DNA from: Podarcis erhardii
Lineage: Eukaryota
Direction: 5' to 3' (one strand)
Assembly: GCA_964252035.1 (NCBI GenBank)
Contig: OZ176205.1
DNA length: 64,000 nt
In this document: positions 23,796 to 36,093 of the stretch, one piece after another
How positions within the stretch are numbered: position 1 is the first letter of the stretch
How the letters are laid out: each line of letters starts with the position of its first letter
The notes under the pieces: model-generated
What the model was told of the DNA's origin: nothing
Seen by the model: the letters and a program-made list of their open reading frames with translations, nothing else
Databases searched by the model: none
Made by a program: the position numbers and the translations under genes

Positions 23796-25176
23796 GTACG
23801 TGGACGCGTCTTCTTCAGCCTTTTATTTCCATGCTTTCAAAAACGGAAAAGATAATGTGGTTGACGTGAGGCTTTAATGGCTATTGTATTGCAGATGTTT
23901 GCTTTGTAACCTGTTTTAATTGCTGCAAAGTAAGGTTTAACGGACTGCGTTTGCCCGTGTGCGCACTATATACCAGATAAGAGGCAGAGTGGGTGGGTTT
24001 TGCTGCGTGCACTAGACTTTTCTCCCCCCCCCGCCCCCCAGCGATCTGAGAAAACCGCTGAGCTTGCTCGGTGTAACAACCCCCCCCCCCAAAAAAAAAG
24101 TACGTGCTCAGCTCTGTAAAAAGACGTCTGGGATCGGCAGCCAGCCCAACACAAAAGGAAGCGTCTAGACTAGGGATGTAATTGACAAGCCCATTCTCTA
24201 ATCAATGTAGCAAATGTCTATGATGGACTAGAGCGCCATCCAATAAGAGAACAGGCTGGATGTTGTAATGTTCGAAATATCCAAAGTGGAAGGAGGTGGA
24301 AAAGAGCGAGTGGCGTTCGTCCCTCCCTCTTCTCTAAAGTTCTCTCTGCTCGGCGCACCGAGGGATAGTTGGTAGCTGTCAAACCAGCGCAGAGCTATAT
24401 AATACATTTGGATTTTGCTGAGAGATCTGTAATAACAAAACCAAGTTTTCTCTCAGTGAAAGTGCATGGCGCGATCAGTTCTGCTTAACGTTGCATTCAC
24501 CTTTGTGCTCTGTGATTGAAACCCTTGAGCGTTTCTGCAGCAACCTTGTCCCAAATACTGTATATACTCTGCTGTCGATATTTCTTATGCAGGAGAAGAG
24601 ATGACACCAGTGAGGCCCCCCCTTTTCTGACTGCACTGTTGTTTTTGTTTGTTTGCTATTTTATTCTGGTGTGTTCCGATCATCGCCTGGTTCGAACCAC
24701 TGTTACTCGTGATTGGGGGCATCCTAAGATATGAAAGTGCTTTGGAGGAATCGAGGGTGTCCCCCCCCCTTAACATGATTACAGGTCCCACTGATTGCAC
24801 GGGGATTTACTCCCAAGTAGGCATGATTAGGGCGGAAGACTTCAAAGTGCTTTGGAGGACCCTGCCCTGTTGAATTCTTCTTCATGATCTCTGTTGCAAA
24901 CTATGCTTCTATGCTTGACCGTTGGATGAGTCCCTCGAACGTGTGTATGCACTGCGTATTGGGTAGGCACTCTGGAGTTTGTGACCCCCCCTCTTCATTT
25001 ACTGGGACCAGTCAAAGATAAACACTTTGAACTCTCGTTGTTGATCTGAGCTGCAGTTTTAGGCACTCACTTGACTACCGTTTAAATCAGTGGGACTGAG
25101 AAGTGCTGAACTCTGAATCTCACCCAGCGAGTGAAATTTGCTTATGTGAGGAGGGGTTGTGAGAATTGTAAGATCC

Positions 25177-25219
<43 letters not shown>
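25177..25219. repeat. (GT)8(GA)13 compound microsatellite
   Basis: Direct reading. Confidence 0.92.
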
Positions 25220-25225
<6 letters not shown>

Positions 25226-26168
25226 AACGCGCGCACGGGTAGGTAGGTGACATGATATATATTCCCTCTCTTCTCTTTCCTCCTTCCTGCACTGAACTCC
25301 AGAGAATTGGGAGAGTTAGAACTTGCTGGTTGGGAGCCAGGCTGGCTGTCTTTCTCTGGACTGGAGCTCTCAGTAGAAACCAAGTCCAACATAACCAACC
25401 ACACACTTGCGCTCGAAATAGCCTCTGGCAGCCCTTTCCGGTGTAAAACCCTCGCCTGCAGCCATGCAGGAGGTCCTTGAGTCCTCGAGCTGGCCAAGGC
25501 CAGGGCTTTCCGAAACGCTTCGGGAGCTTCATCGCAGACTCCTTAAGCCCGCTCTTCTAAAGCGGAAGTTTGGACGTCTTCTTCGCGCCGGGCAATGGAC
25601 GCCAACGGGGCCCCCAGTTTCTCAGCGGCCAGGGCGCTCGAGTAGGCAGATCTCGCTTTAAGAGCCAAGGCAGCGAAATCCCCCCTAGAAAAGTAGCTGC
25701 GAGGAAACTACCCCGCTCTGACTTTTTTTCCGGGCGGGGGGGAGACTTCCCCCAATTGCTTTAAAGTAAAGAAAACTGCAGTTGGGGGAGGGGAATGGCA
25801 TGGAAAGTATCGACTAGTCGTGACTTCACTTGTCATTTGCCGGTGGTTGAGCGAGTCTGCTCCGGAGCAAGCTCCCGCTTTCGACCAGCGGATAAAGATC
25901 TCTCTTGCCTAAAAAGTTTTTAAATCATATTAATGCGATTTCCCGTTAAGTCTCTCCTTGATATATATTCAAGATGGTCCGTATAAGTGAACCCTCCGCG
26001 ACGTAATTTATATATCTAAGAGGATTTCACCGAGGCTGGCGAGGTAAAAGTTTCTGCAAATAAAACATGGCAAATGCAATGCCGGGCAGCGTGCCAGGTA
26101 GAATATGGATAGGAGGAGGGCTCACGGCAGAAAGTCTCTTCACAGACAGACATATACCATTTCACGGT

Positions 26169-26198
<30 letters not shown>
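26169..26198. repeat. (AGC)10 trinucleotide repeat
   Basis: Direct reading. Confidence 0.93.
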
Positions 26199-26201
<3 letters not shown>

Positions 26202-29080
26202 TAGCACTTTTCGAAGTTCCCCTTTTAAAGAGACAATGTTGGCTTCAGCCAGATCTTCGTCTGCAATGTTTTTAATGAAGCGGGATCCTCTAAGTGTATT
26301 TGACCGCCTTTCTCCCTCTCCCCCGCCTCCCCCGCTTCTTGCTATATCTCTTTTTATACCCTCGGGACGACGGACTTCCCCTCCTCCCCTCTGTGGGGGA
26401 ATCTTCCTGAGGAAACCTTTTCGGGGGCTTGAAGCGAGGTTTGCGCCTCTTTTGAGGAGGGAAGCTTAAAGTTTATATGATGTTTGTGCCTTGCCCAGCT
26501 ACACACTCGTGTGTGTGTATGTTTATGGGGGATCCAGAGGGCGCGCGCGGATGTGAGAGCATTTTTGTGTAGGCTTCTCGGGAGGGGGTGGGGAAGGCGA
26601 GGAGGGAGCGGATGTGCAAAGGCTCAGTGCCTGAACTTGGATGCAACGTCTGCCTAGAGGGCGCAAACAAGCATCCCACGTCCAAAAGTCTTACGAAGGG
26701 CGCCAAAAGTTACTTAAGATAATATTCCTAACCACAAAGAGCTGGAAATCGTACGGCAAAGCCGTCTGCCAGCGACGGTAGCGAAGCCAAGGGCCCGATC
26801 CTGCCTCGCTGACAAATTAGCCTTCCCCTGTCTGCTTTGTGGATTAAGGGAAATCTTAAAACATCTCCCTAAGCATTCATAGGGATGCATATGTGTGCGC
26901 GCGCGTGCGTGTATGTATGTATATGGGATGAATACACACAGAGAGGATTAATGTTTTATGGCACGTGAGACTGGGAAAAGGTGAAAAACATTAGTATATG
27001 TGTAAAATGATTGTGTTCTCTCTTGCTAAAACATATCCCACAGACATTTGGGTCTTATAAAGTACCATTCCCAGCTAACTTGTCTGCCTAGTCATGCCAC
27101 CGTTCACACTATTTGCACAACTATGCTGTAAAGTCAGGCTGGGCTACAAGTCTGTGGCTAAAGCAGTGGTGCATTTATTGCCCTGTTCACATTCTGCTGT
27201 CAGTTTCAGGACAAACACCCCTTTCTCAGTGTTTGTAGCAGCATCTCTGTACATTTTGAACAACTTGTGCATGGTGGCAAATGCGGTGACTGGTTGGCTT
27301 AGCCTGGTTAAGAGTAGGCACATGCAGGACTATCTGGTGACTGCTATGTGCTGAATTGGTTGTGGGAGCAGGCAGTATGTATACAATATGTAGGGAGCAC
27401 AAAGGAGGTCGAGGTATGACTACCATTGGACCACCAGCTACTCTTGGGAGAGAGGGGCAGATGAGTAAATAAAGGAAAGACATAGCATGCTAGGGAACAA
27501 ATTGAAAGTCATAAATCGTAAGTGAGTTTTTTTTAAAAAAAATCTGTACTTTAGTCACTTCTTTTTCCTCAGTGTTTTAGCTTTTTGTAAGACTGTCAGC
27601 CAGAAAGTTCTGTCAAGGAAACTTGGAAAGCTGAGAGATCCCAGAAAATGTTTAGTTGGGCGTGTTTCCATGTCATTATATCACTGACAGGTATTGGGCC
27701 ATTCTTTTTATTCTTTTTTTAAAAGGTATGAATGAAAACTGAAGGTGATTTTGCACTTAGCTTAGACATCTGCAATCCACAAATGATAATTTTAGTGAAG
27801 CACTCAACTTGGGAAAAGGAAGGGCCTCCAGGAGATAAAAGTGATATAGCGACTTAGGCCTCCTCCCTTAATAGCCTTGGGCAATGTATTTTCCTCTAAA
27901 AGTCCTTGCAGTATTTTAAAACATTCTTAAATTCGAAACACCTAGATCTCTGGTCCACATCAGAAGTCATGCATGCTGAATGTGGTATGTCTTGTGGTAT
28001 TCTCTTCCTCTTTACGTGTTTTTTTTTTTTTTTTTAATATGAATGGTTGTGGATATGCAAGTGTCTGAAAGCTGCAGCATTTGGGGAAATGAAAGCAAGA
28101 CTAGAGAGGATGCCACTTAGGAGACTGAAGAAAGACTAGAGAGAAAATGTAAGACTCAATAAAAGAAAAGTTGTCTGACTGGAAACTTTCCAAACCCCCA
28201 AAACCAAAACTTTCTTGTGCCAAAACAATGCATTATAAGATAAATAAAGGACAGAAGGCTCAATTCAAAGTTGAGCAACTTTAAGTAGTAACTTTATTGC
28301 TTGAGGGTTGCAGTGCAGTTTTGAAGCTGTGCATTATTAGTAAAATAAGCATCCTTGGCTATAAAGTGCCCCAAGTTTTCTTTTTTAACCAACATTCATA
28401 TGCCAAGAGCTAGAAAGTTCTGAACAATTGTGTTTGGCTCTGCTCTCAGCTGGTGATCATGCTCTCATACAAAGCAGTCCATACAAATATATCCACAATT
28501 ATTAGAAGCCGCACACTTAATGCCTTATTAGCCTTCATATTTAAACAAAACAATGTAGAAAGCCCCACCCATTAGAGCTTTACTTGGGGACACGATTTCT
28601 GGAAAAACAATTTGCAAAGTTTCAAATCCACAGTGCGCCGCGACTTGTCTGCCAGCCCTTAGAAAAATGCTCTGTATCTGTATCTATATGCTTTCTATGG
28701 GTGCTACTGCTACTGTAAGATTTCGGAAAGCCTCTTTCCGCATGAGACGAATGGCGAAAGTTTAGTCCAAAGTCCTTAAGACGATCTCCTTGAAGGTCTT
28801 GTGGATGAGTGTGGGGGTGGGGAGAGAAGTGGGGGTGGGGGAGAGCGAGAGCGTTCGTGGAGGGGGAGGGGAGCGCGAAAGCGGCAGAAATATGGAAAAG
28901 TAGTTTTGTTTGCTTAAGCACATCCTGCAGAGCCTCTCGCCGCTCGGGAGCCCTGCCTGCAAACGGCTCCTGCTGCCTGCGCTACCCAGTAATGCACTGA
29001 GAGCCTGGGATCGGGGATCGGGAGGGCTGGCCGAGCAGTAGCACCGCAGCCCCCCCTCCCCCGGGCAAGGCAGCGAGCGA

Positions 29081-29105
29081 GCTGCTGCTGCTGCTGCTGC
29101 TGCTG
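29081..29105. repeat. (CTG)8 repeat at the exon 1a promoter/leader
   Basis: Direct reading; followed by (gagcag)x3. Confidence 0.93.
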
Positions 29106-29274
29106 GCGGAGCGGTGCAGAGCGGAGCAGGAGCAGGAGCAGGAGGCGCGCGGGCAGGTTCCCGGGGAAGCTGGAGGGAGCCGGGCGCTGTCGAGAGGCTG
29201 CCCGGGCTGCGAGCGCGGGGGGAAGTGCGCGCTATGCCTTTAACGCCCGGGCACAGGAGACATGTCTAGCGTGT

Positions 29275-29526
29275 AGGCTAGGGAAACTCTAGGCGGGGTT
29301 AAAGTTCAGCTCATGGAGCTGATCAGCGCTGCTGGCTGCAGTTGAGCAGAGTTGGAAATGTGAAAGCAAGAAGCAGNNNNNNNNNNNNNNNNNNNNNNNN
29401 NNNNNNNNNNNNNNNNNNNNNNNNNNNNNNNNNNNNNNNNNNNNNNNNNNNNNNNNNNNNNNNNNNNNNNNNNNNNNNNNNNNNNNNNNNNNNNNNNNNN
29501 NNNNNNCAAACCCCCCCGCAGCAACC
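29275..29526 (+). other. NFIA: NFIA exon 1a 5'UTR (partly in assembly gap)
   Basis: agggaaactctaggcggggttaaagttcagctcatggag...ttggaaatgtgaaagcaagaagcag resembles the mammalian NFIA leader as I recall it and runs into the exon 1a ATG. True TSS not determinable. Confidence 0.75.
29377..29506. other. Assembly gap (130 N)
   Basis: Run of N inside the NFIA 5'UTR; probably a collapsed CT/CA low-complexity tract (inference). Confidence 0.99.
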
Positions 29527-29553
29527 ATGTATTCTCCTCTCTGTCTTACCCAG
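29527..29553 (+). CDS. NFIA: NFIA coding exon 1a (MYSPLCLTQ)
   Basis: aaccATG tat tct cct ctc tgt ctt acc cag|GTAAGA: 27 coding nt, phase-0 donor at 29554. The N-terminus is diagnostic for NFIA (NFIB MMYSPICLTQ, NFIX MYSPYCLTQ, NFIC MYSSPLCLTQ). Confidence 0.97.
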
Positions 29554-31700
29554 GTAAGAAGCTTCTTCGGATTCATTGGGGGGGGGGTGGCGAGGAGGAG
29601 GGCAAGGGGCTTCTCTGTCTGTCTGCTCGTCTGTCTGTCTTGGCCGGGGGTTCGGGGGAGCCTGGCGGCGGGAAGGGGGCGCAGAGGGCGGGAGGGCGAA
29701 ATCCCGCGGGCGGAAAGTAACTTTTCTTTCCCACTCGCTTGCATTCCTGCTCTTGCACGGCCATTTGTAGCGACACATGGCTAATGGCGCCTCGTTATTA
29801 AGGGTTTAATTAATATTGGGGTGCGCAGACGTCCCTGCCGGAGGGAAGGGGGATCTGCCGGAGGGGGTCGCGCCGAAATCCCGTGTGTGCGTGTTCGTAT
29901 GCGCGCGTTCGAGGACGATCTGCACGTGTTTCGCAGTCGTGCAACCCCATTACATGCTTGGTCATCTGAAATCAATACTCACTGTTTGTGCTTCCGAGGC
30001 GACGAATGCATGCAAATGGAGCAACAAACGACACAGATACAGTTAGATGCTTTCTGTTTTGTTTTTAAAGTGTAGCATTGAGTAGCTGCGTGCTGCATGC
30101 ATCTCTCTCCCCCCCTCCCCATGGCTCGAGCTGCATTGCTATACCTCCCCAAACTCCTCGCACACTTTTTGTTCAGCAGCCTCGAATTTGTGTGGCTGGT
30201 GCTTTTGCAGCGGCTCCCTCGGTTTGAGTCTCAGGCGGAGACGTAGTGCCAGAGAGAGATGCATTGCACCTATGCCCAGGGCTCTGGCCCTTCCAGACAT
30301 TGCACGGGGTTTTGGCACGGCTAGCTGGATGTTTCAGGAACCCCCCGGCGTTTCTTAGCCGGAGCCCCTCGTTGCTGCTGCTTCGGTTCCTGCTGCAGCG
30401 CCTCCTGCAGCGCCTGCCCTCCCGCTCCTCTCGTGCACCAAACCCAGCTCGGGATCCTCGGCGGGCACTGCAGCCCTTGCATGTCCCTGCCCAGCGATCC
30501 CAGCCCAGAGCTGCCTCCCCGGCTGCCTCCAGTGCGCCTTGTCACTTGCTCGGGTGTCACGTTCGCCTGGGGTTGTTTCCTTTGGGAAGTTGGGCTTGCA
30601 ACGTCCTGCTTGCAGAAAGGGGAGGCGGGGAAGGCAGTTTCTTCTCGCATAAAGTTGCTCGACCCCTTTTGTTTGCAACGCAGCAGCTCTTAAGTTCTTC
30701 GTGGGCTGGCAATAATTTCGGACCTGATTCCCACCCTACCACCCCCACCTCGCACCCACCTCTCCAGATCCCGTTCCGATTACACTGCTCTGAATCGGAA
30801 GGGTTCTGTTCCCGACGCCTATGCAACACATGGGAAACTGCTCTCTAAGACTTCGGACAACTTTCCTTTCTAACCTCAAACACGATCCTACCCACCCCCG
30901 CGTGGTTCCCCCCCCCCCCGGCCAAAGAAAACTTTAGGGCAGCGCCAAATCTTCAGATAACAGTCACACACCCTATCTTCTTTCTCGGATTTATTTCCAC
31001 AATTTAGAAACATAGCCCCAATATGTATTCATTTATATATATACGTGTGTGTGCCTTCCCTTTCCCTTCTCTTTCTGCAACTCAGTAATCTTGGTTGGAA
31101 GTTTGTTGCCTCCCAGTCTTAAACGGTGAAAGTTTCTAGAGGATTTAGATAAAGTTCTTTCATTACCATTTCAAGACGTCTTTCTGGCACAGAGTGCTGC
31201 TACCCACCTTCAGTTAGCAGGATGTGATGATGATTTTGGGGTGAAACACTTGGGGACCCAAGCGTCCAATATTATTTCCTGCCTTTGTATGGGTTTTGAA
31301 GTGCATGTGTGGGTTTCTTTTAAAAGAGGGCTTCACAGTGGATTTTGCAAGATGACCAAGTAAATGCTTAGGTGTGGATAACACTCAGTCACTGACAGAG
31401 CCTTGCTGCCTAACCTGTAATGCATGAACTTGCAACCAGAATTGGTACACAATGCAGCTTAACTATGTTAACAACCTCAAAGTCGATTATAGGCAGATGC
31501 CACAAACATACCCTGGAATGTGTTTGGAGCTTCTGTACATCGTCCGAAGACTAGATCTAGTGAAAAGTTTTCTCTTACTTCATGGAGAACTCAACCCAGT
31601 TATCCCCCCCCCTTGATTTATTTACACAGGGTAGTACAGATCTCCCACTCTTTAAAACACATGCATACACCTACCTCAAGCTGCCCACTCTCCCCCTCAC

Positions 31701-31722
31701 CACACACACACACACACACACA
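31701..31722. repeat. (CA)11 microsatellite, intron 1
   Basis: Direct reading. Confidence 0.92.
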
Positions 31723-34700
31723 CTCGTATGCATACTGTATCTGGGTATTCTGATTTTTAGTAGGCCCAACCATACAGCATGCAGATTTCAGATAGTTATA
31801 GCACATATAAAAAGGAAATCTTAACATAAGAGACATTCTGCTGCAAAGTGCTCTGCATTCTCATTGCACATTTGGAAATAGCGTCTAGGTATTCAAAGGC
31901 GTCTTTATGCAACCCACCAAGAGTGTTTCGAATATAGAACTAGATACATATAAAACATAAGTTATACTATTAGGAAAGGCTTAAGTAGTTGTATTAGCAT
32001 TTCAAAACCCTTGTCTCCTTTAAATTTGTCTAGTATGATTTAAAACATAATCATAAAGCACATATACCCGGCTAATGGAGCTGGAAGACTAGGACAAAGT
32101 ACCTGTTAAAGGGTTATCTACTCCGTGGCCCTCTCCACACCACTATAGGTGATTTACCTACTTGCTGTTTATCTGACATTGTCCTGGCTTTACATTAACA
32201 GCTCATCATTGATGTGCAGGCAAATATACGTTGGCCTATGGTTTATAGAAGTATTGATGCTTTGAGAGTTTATAGAGCTGACTAACTTTCAAACGGAGCA
32301 GCGCAAATGTGTTTCCAAAGATTGCTATAATGTTGCATGCTTTTATTTGTAGAGGGGCTCAGATTATTTTTCCGGTCGCCTTTTCTCATTTACGAATATA
32401 CACCAATTTTTTTTTTGTTCTGTGAGCCAAACTTTAGCTGTGCAGTTGTGGCAATGTGCTTGTTGAAGCGCAATACTTACGAGCCGCAGAAAGGATTTAT
32501 AAACTCACTTTTGTTATCTCCCCTTACCCAGCCCCGGCAAATAATAATGGAAGATGCATATGCTCTTTTTAAAGCAATCTTCCTTGTTCAAAATGCAACT
32601 TACTAAACTTTATGAGAAGTTTTGATTCTAATCCTAACTTAGGACAAAGACCCCATTACCACTTTTTGAATTGGCTACTTTTAATCTTTTAAAGTGATTA
32701 TGCACACATACCTGGACATTTCTTAAATTCACCAGGAAAACCTTGGTAATTGAAGAAACCATAATGTAACATAAAATATAAAGCTGTAATTCATCTCAGT
32801 TGTTGGATATATATTATTGCTCCTAATACCTTCACAGTGAGATTTTGGAGGCTGTCTTTTTAAAAAGGGTATATTTGTACATGAGGTAGAATTATTTTGA
32901 AAAAGCAGTAAACCTCCCATCTACAATCTTGACAAATCCTATTTGTCAAGGATTTAACAGTCCTTATATCAGCAATGATGGACCTCTTCACTGTATCATT
33001 ATTTCAAGGCCATTTGGTGGTTTTTGAAGCTTTTACATAAATCTTTTAGCTGTTTTTTACCTTTTTCGACCATGCGCTATTGACTCGGCTTTACAATAGA
33101 ATAAAAGAAGTATAGTTGGGAAGGAGTTCAAGTTAGAGCCAGGAAGGACTGCAAGCATACAAGGTTAGTTAATAAAATGTAGAAAACAGTTTTTAGGATA
33201 AAGCCAATATCTGAAGTGATAATTTATTTTGCAGTGAATTACTTTAGCAAATGTTTTATACAGCATAGAAGATAAAACATTATAAAAGGCCCCATTTGTG
33301 ATGCTGTTGACTATTCTGAACTGTGTCTCTGTGTGCGTGTGGAAAAGGCCTCGGTGTGTTGTATCCTGCGTAATAGTTTACTTTGCTCTTAGTGGCAGCC
33401 TCTATTAGTGATACATTTGGTGTGTGTGTTTTTTTTTAAAGTTCATTTTTGAAAATGCAAATAAGCATTCTGCCTTTGATCTACTGCTGTTGAAACTGCT
33501 ATTCTCCCAATATGTCTTTTGTACTTCTTTGACATATAAAGCTGGGTTGTTTCAAGGGAGTGTCAGAAATCATCATTTTGTGAAATGTCTATTTTATATA
33601 TTAGACCCAGCTAAACATTCATGGAATAAATGCCTATCCCTTCCATTCCCAGCAATATGTTTTGGCCCCTTTATGTACTTTCTAAGAATCTTTTCTACCG
33701 AAATACGTAACAAATTGTCATTTGTCTGTTATATTTTAGATACAGTATACAGCAATTAACCATTTGCGGTCCAGAGAGGCCCACAGTTTTTAGAATCATT
33801 TGGGCGGTTTTTCTTTCTTTCACACCTGTATTTAATTGAGTAGAAAAGAGACCTTGCAAAGCATTAAATAGAGATGCTTCTTCTTCTTCTTTTTTAAAAA
33901 AATGAAATTATTTTAGTAACGGTTATAGTAACACATTTCATAAATTAAGGAATTGCACGAAAAATAAGTTGCCAACTTCTTTGCTACATAAGTATGTGTA
34001 CTTTTATGCATAGGAGAAAGTCCATGTTTATAAAAACATATGTTGACAGTGATAGCACCTCTTCCAAATGCATGCCAGTTTCAGTAGGAGAAATAATCAC
34101 ATTTCACAGCTGTGTGTTTACAGGATCAGATATTTTAATAGCATATGTTTTTCTATAGGTACTTCCATAACTAATTGCATGCATATAAATAATATACATA
34201 ATGATTATAATACATTTCCAATGACCTGTATGGCCTTTGCAGCATTTGCAGTGTGCACACCTTTATTTAAAAGTTTGATCCATGACCTCTCTTTCAATAT
34301 GTTCATTGACGTGGGAGAAACGTTTAAATGTCTTTTTCTATTTTTATAAAAGGGCAAATTAAAGTAATACGTATAATGTCAATGATTTATTATCCACATT
34401 TTATTACACTGTACAAATCTAGGTGTTTTATTTAATAGCTTTCTGGATCTGTATACAAACTTTCTAGCTTCCAGGGTTCTTTTTATCATTTAAACAAACT
34501 TAAGTAAAAGAGAATTGTACTCGCGATGTGTTATATACAGTTTTCGTTTTATATATAAAGATCGGAGAAACCTTTCAGAATTCCACATTTTGAGGATTTT
34601 ATTGCATAGGTTTAGAAAATGTGATAGCATTTTATGTTTCCTTACTATTAAAATAATCATATATTCGATTCTATTTACATAATCCTAATTTGAAATTCTG

Positions 34701-35313
34701 TTACATTACAGGTCGATACTTTAAAATACATTTTAGGAAAAGTTTGTACTGTACATCAGGTTTGACATACCAGTGCTAATTGGCATCCAGATGTTTAGGT
34801 TTTGCCAAATCGGTGGGCATATGCTACAGTGGCCGCACCATTCACAGAAGGGTCTCGGAAAGAGCAAAGAAATATATCCCTGCTTTCGGTTGGGATTAAG
34901 ATCACAAAAAAACTTATTGCCAACTTCAGGTTACTGATTCTGGACTTATCTATTGACTTAAAGGGAACTATTGTAAAGTCAGTGGTTTCAGGCTTATACC
35001 CTTACATCCTGATCCGAAGTACATTTGCTTAGAAGTCCATCCCATGGATTTTAGGAGGACTTATTTCTGAGCGAATGTGATTAGGATTGGCATGCCAGGA
35101 TGTTTTCAACACTTGTGTTTAAGCGGTTTTGCCTTATTTTTTCTGAATGAGGCCTAGTGACTACAGAAAATTGGGTTATTGGATATGTTTATGATTTTAC
35201 CTGGTGTATCCACTACAATGATTTGGTCCTCCCTGTGTTCTGATGACTTAAAATTGTCTGTTTGTAAGTTATGATGACTATTAGTGAAACAAACAAAGCT
35301 TTTGCGATGCTAA

Positions 35314-35916
<603 letters not shown>

Positions 35917-36040
35917 TAATGACTTTTTCAACCAAACAATTAGGCTAATCTGTGCTTGCATCCACCATGCTGGTTGGCAGTGTGGCTGTGATAGTGGTTG
36001 AAGTTTAACCAGTAGTGGAGAGGATATAGACATCCTGTGT

Positions 36041-36093
36041 TGTATTGCAAAGCTGTTAATAAAAGGTGATTGCAAAAACATGAGGGTTTTTTT
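36041..36093 (+). terminator. Candidate intronic cleavage/polyadenylation site
   Basis: TGTA 36041-44, AATAAA 36058-63, CA at 36073-74 and 36079-80, T7 tract 36087-93. Confidence 0.45.

Larger units (their letters stand above)
22880..26850. promoter_or_regulatory. CpG-island promoter region, distal part (exon 1b promoter)
   Basis: GC- and CpG-rich in an AT-rich background. ATTGG 23305-23309, octamer ATGCAAAT 23362-23369, ETS-like acttccg ~22960, CCAAT 24240-24244, TATATAA 24396-24402. Confidence 0.75.
28600..30950. promoter_or_regulatory. CpG island over NFIA exon 1a promoter and start of intron 1
   Basis: Very high GC/CpG density spanning the first coding exon, with GC boxes and G-tracts. 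Confidence 0.9.

Noticed and set aside
30246-30848. 200-aa ORF in intron 1
   Set aside because: GTG start, Leu/Arg/Pro-rich low complexity typical of CpG islands; no recognisable domain.
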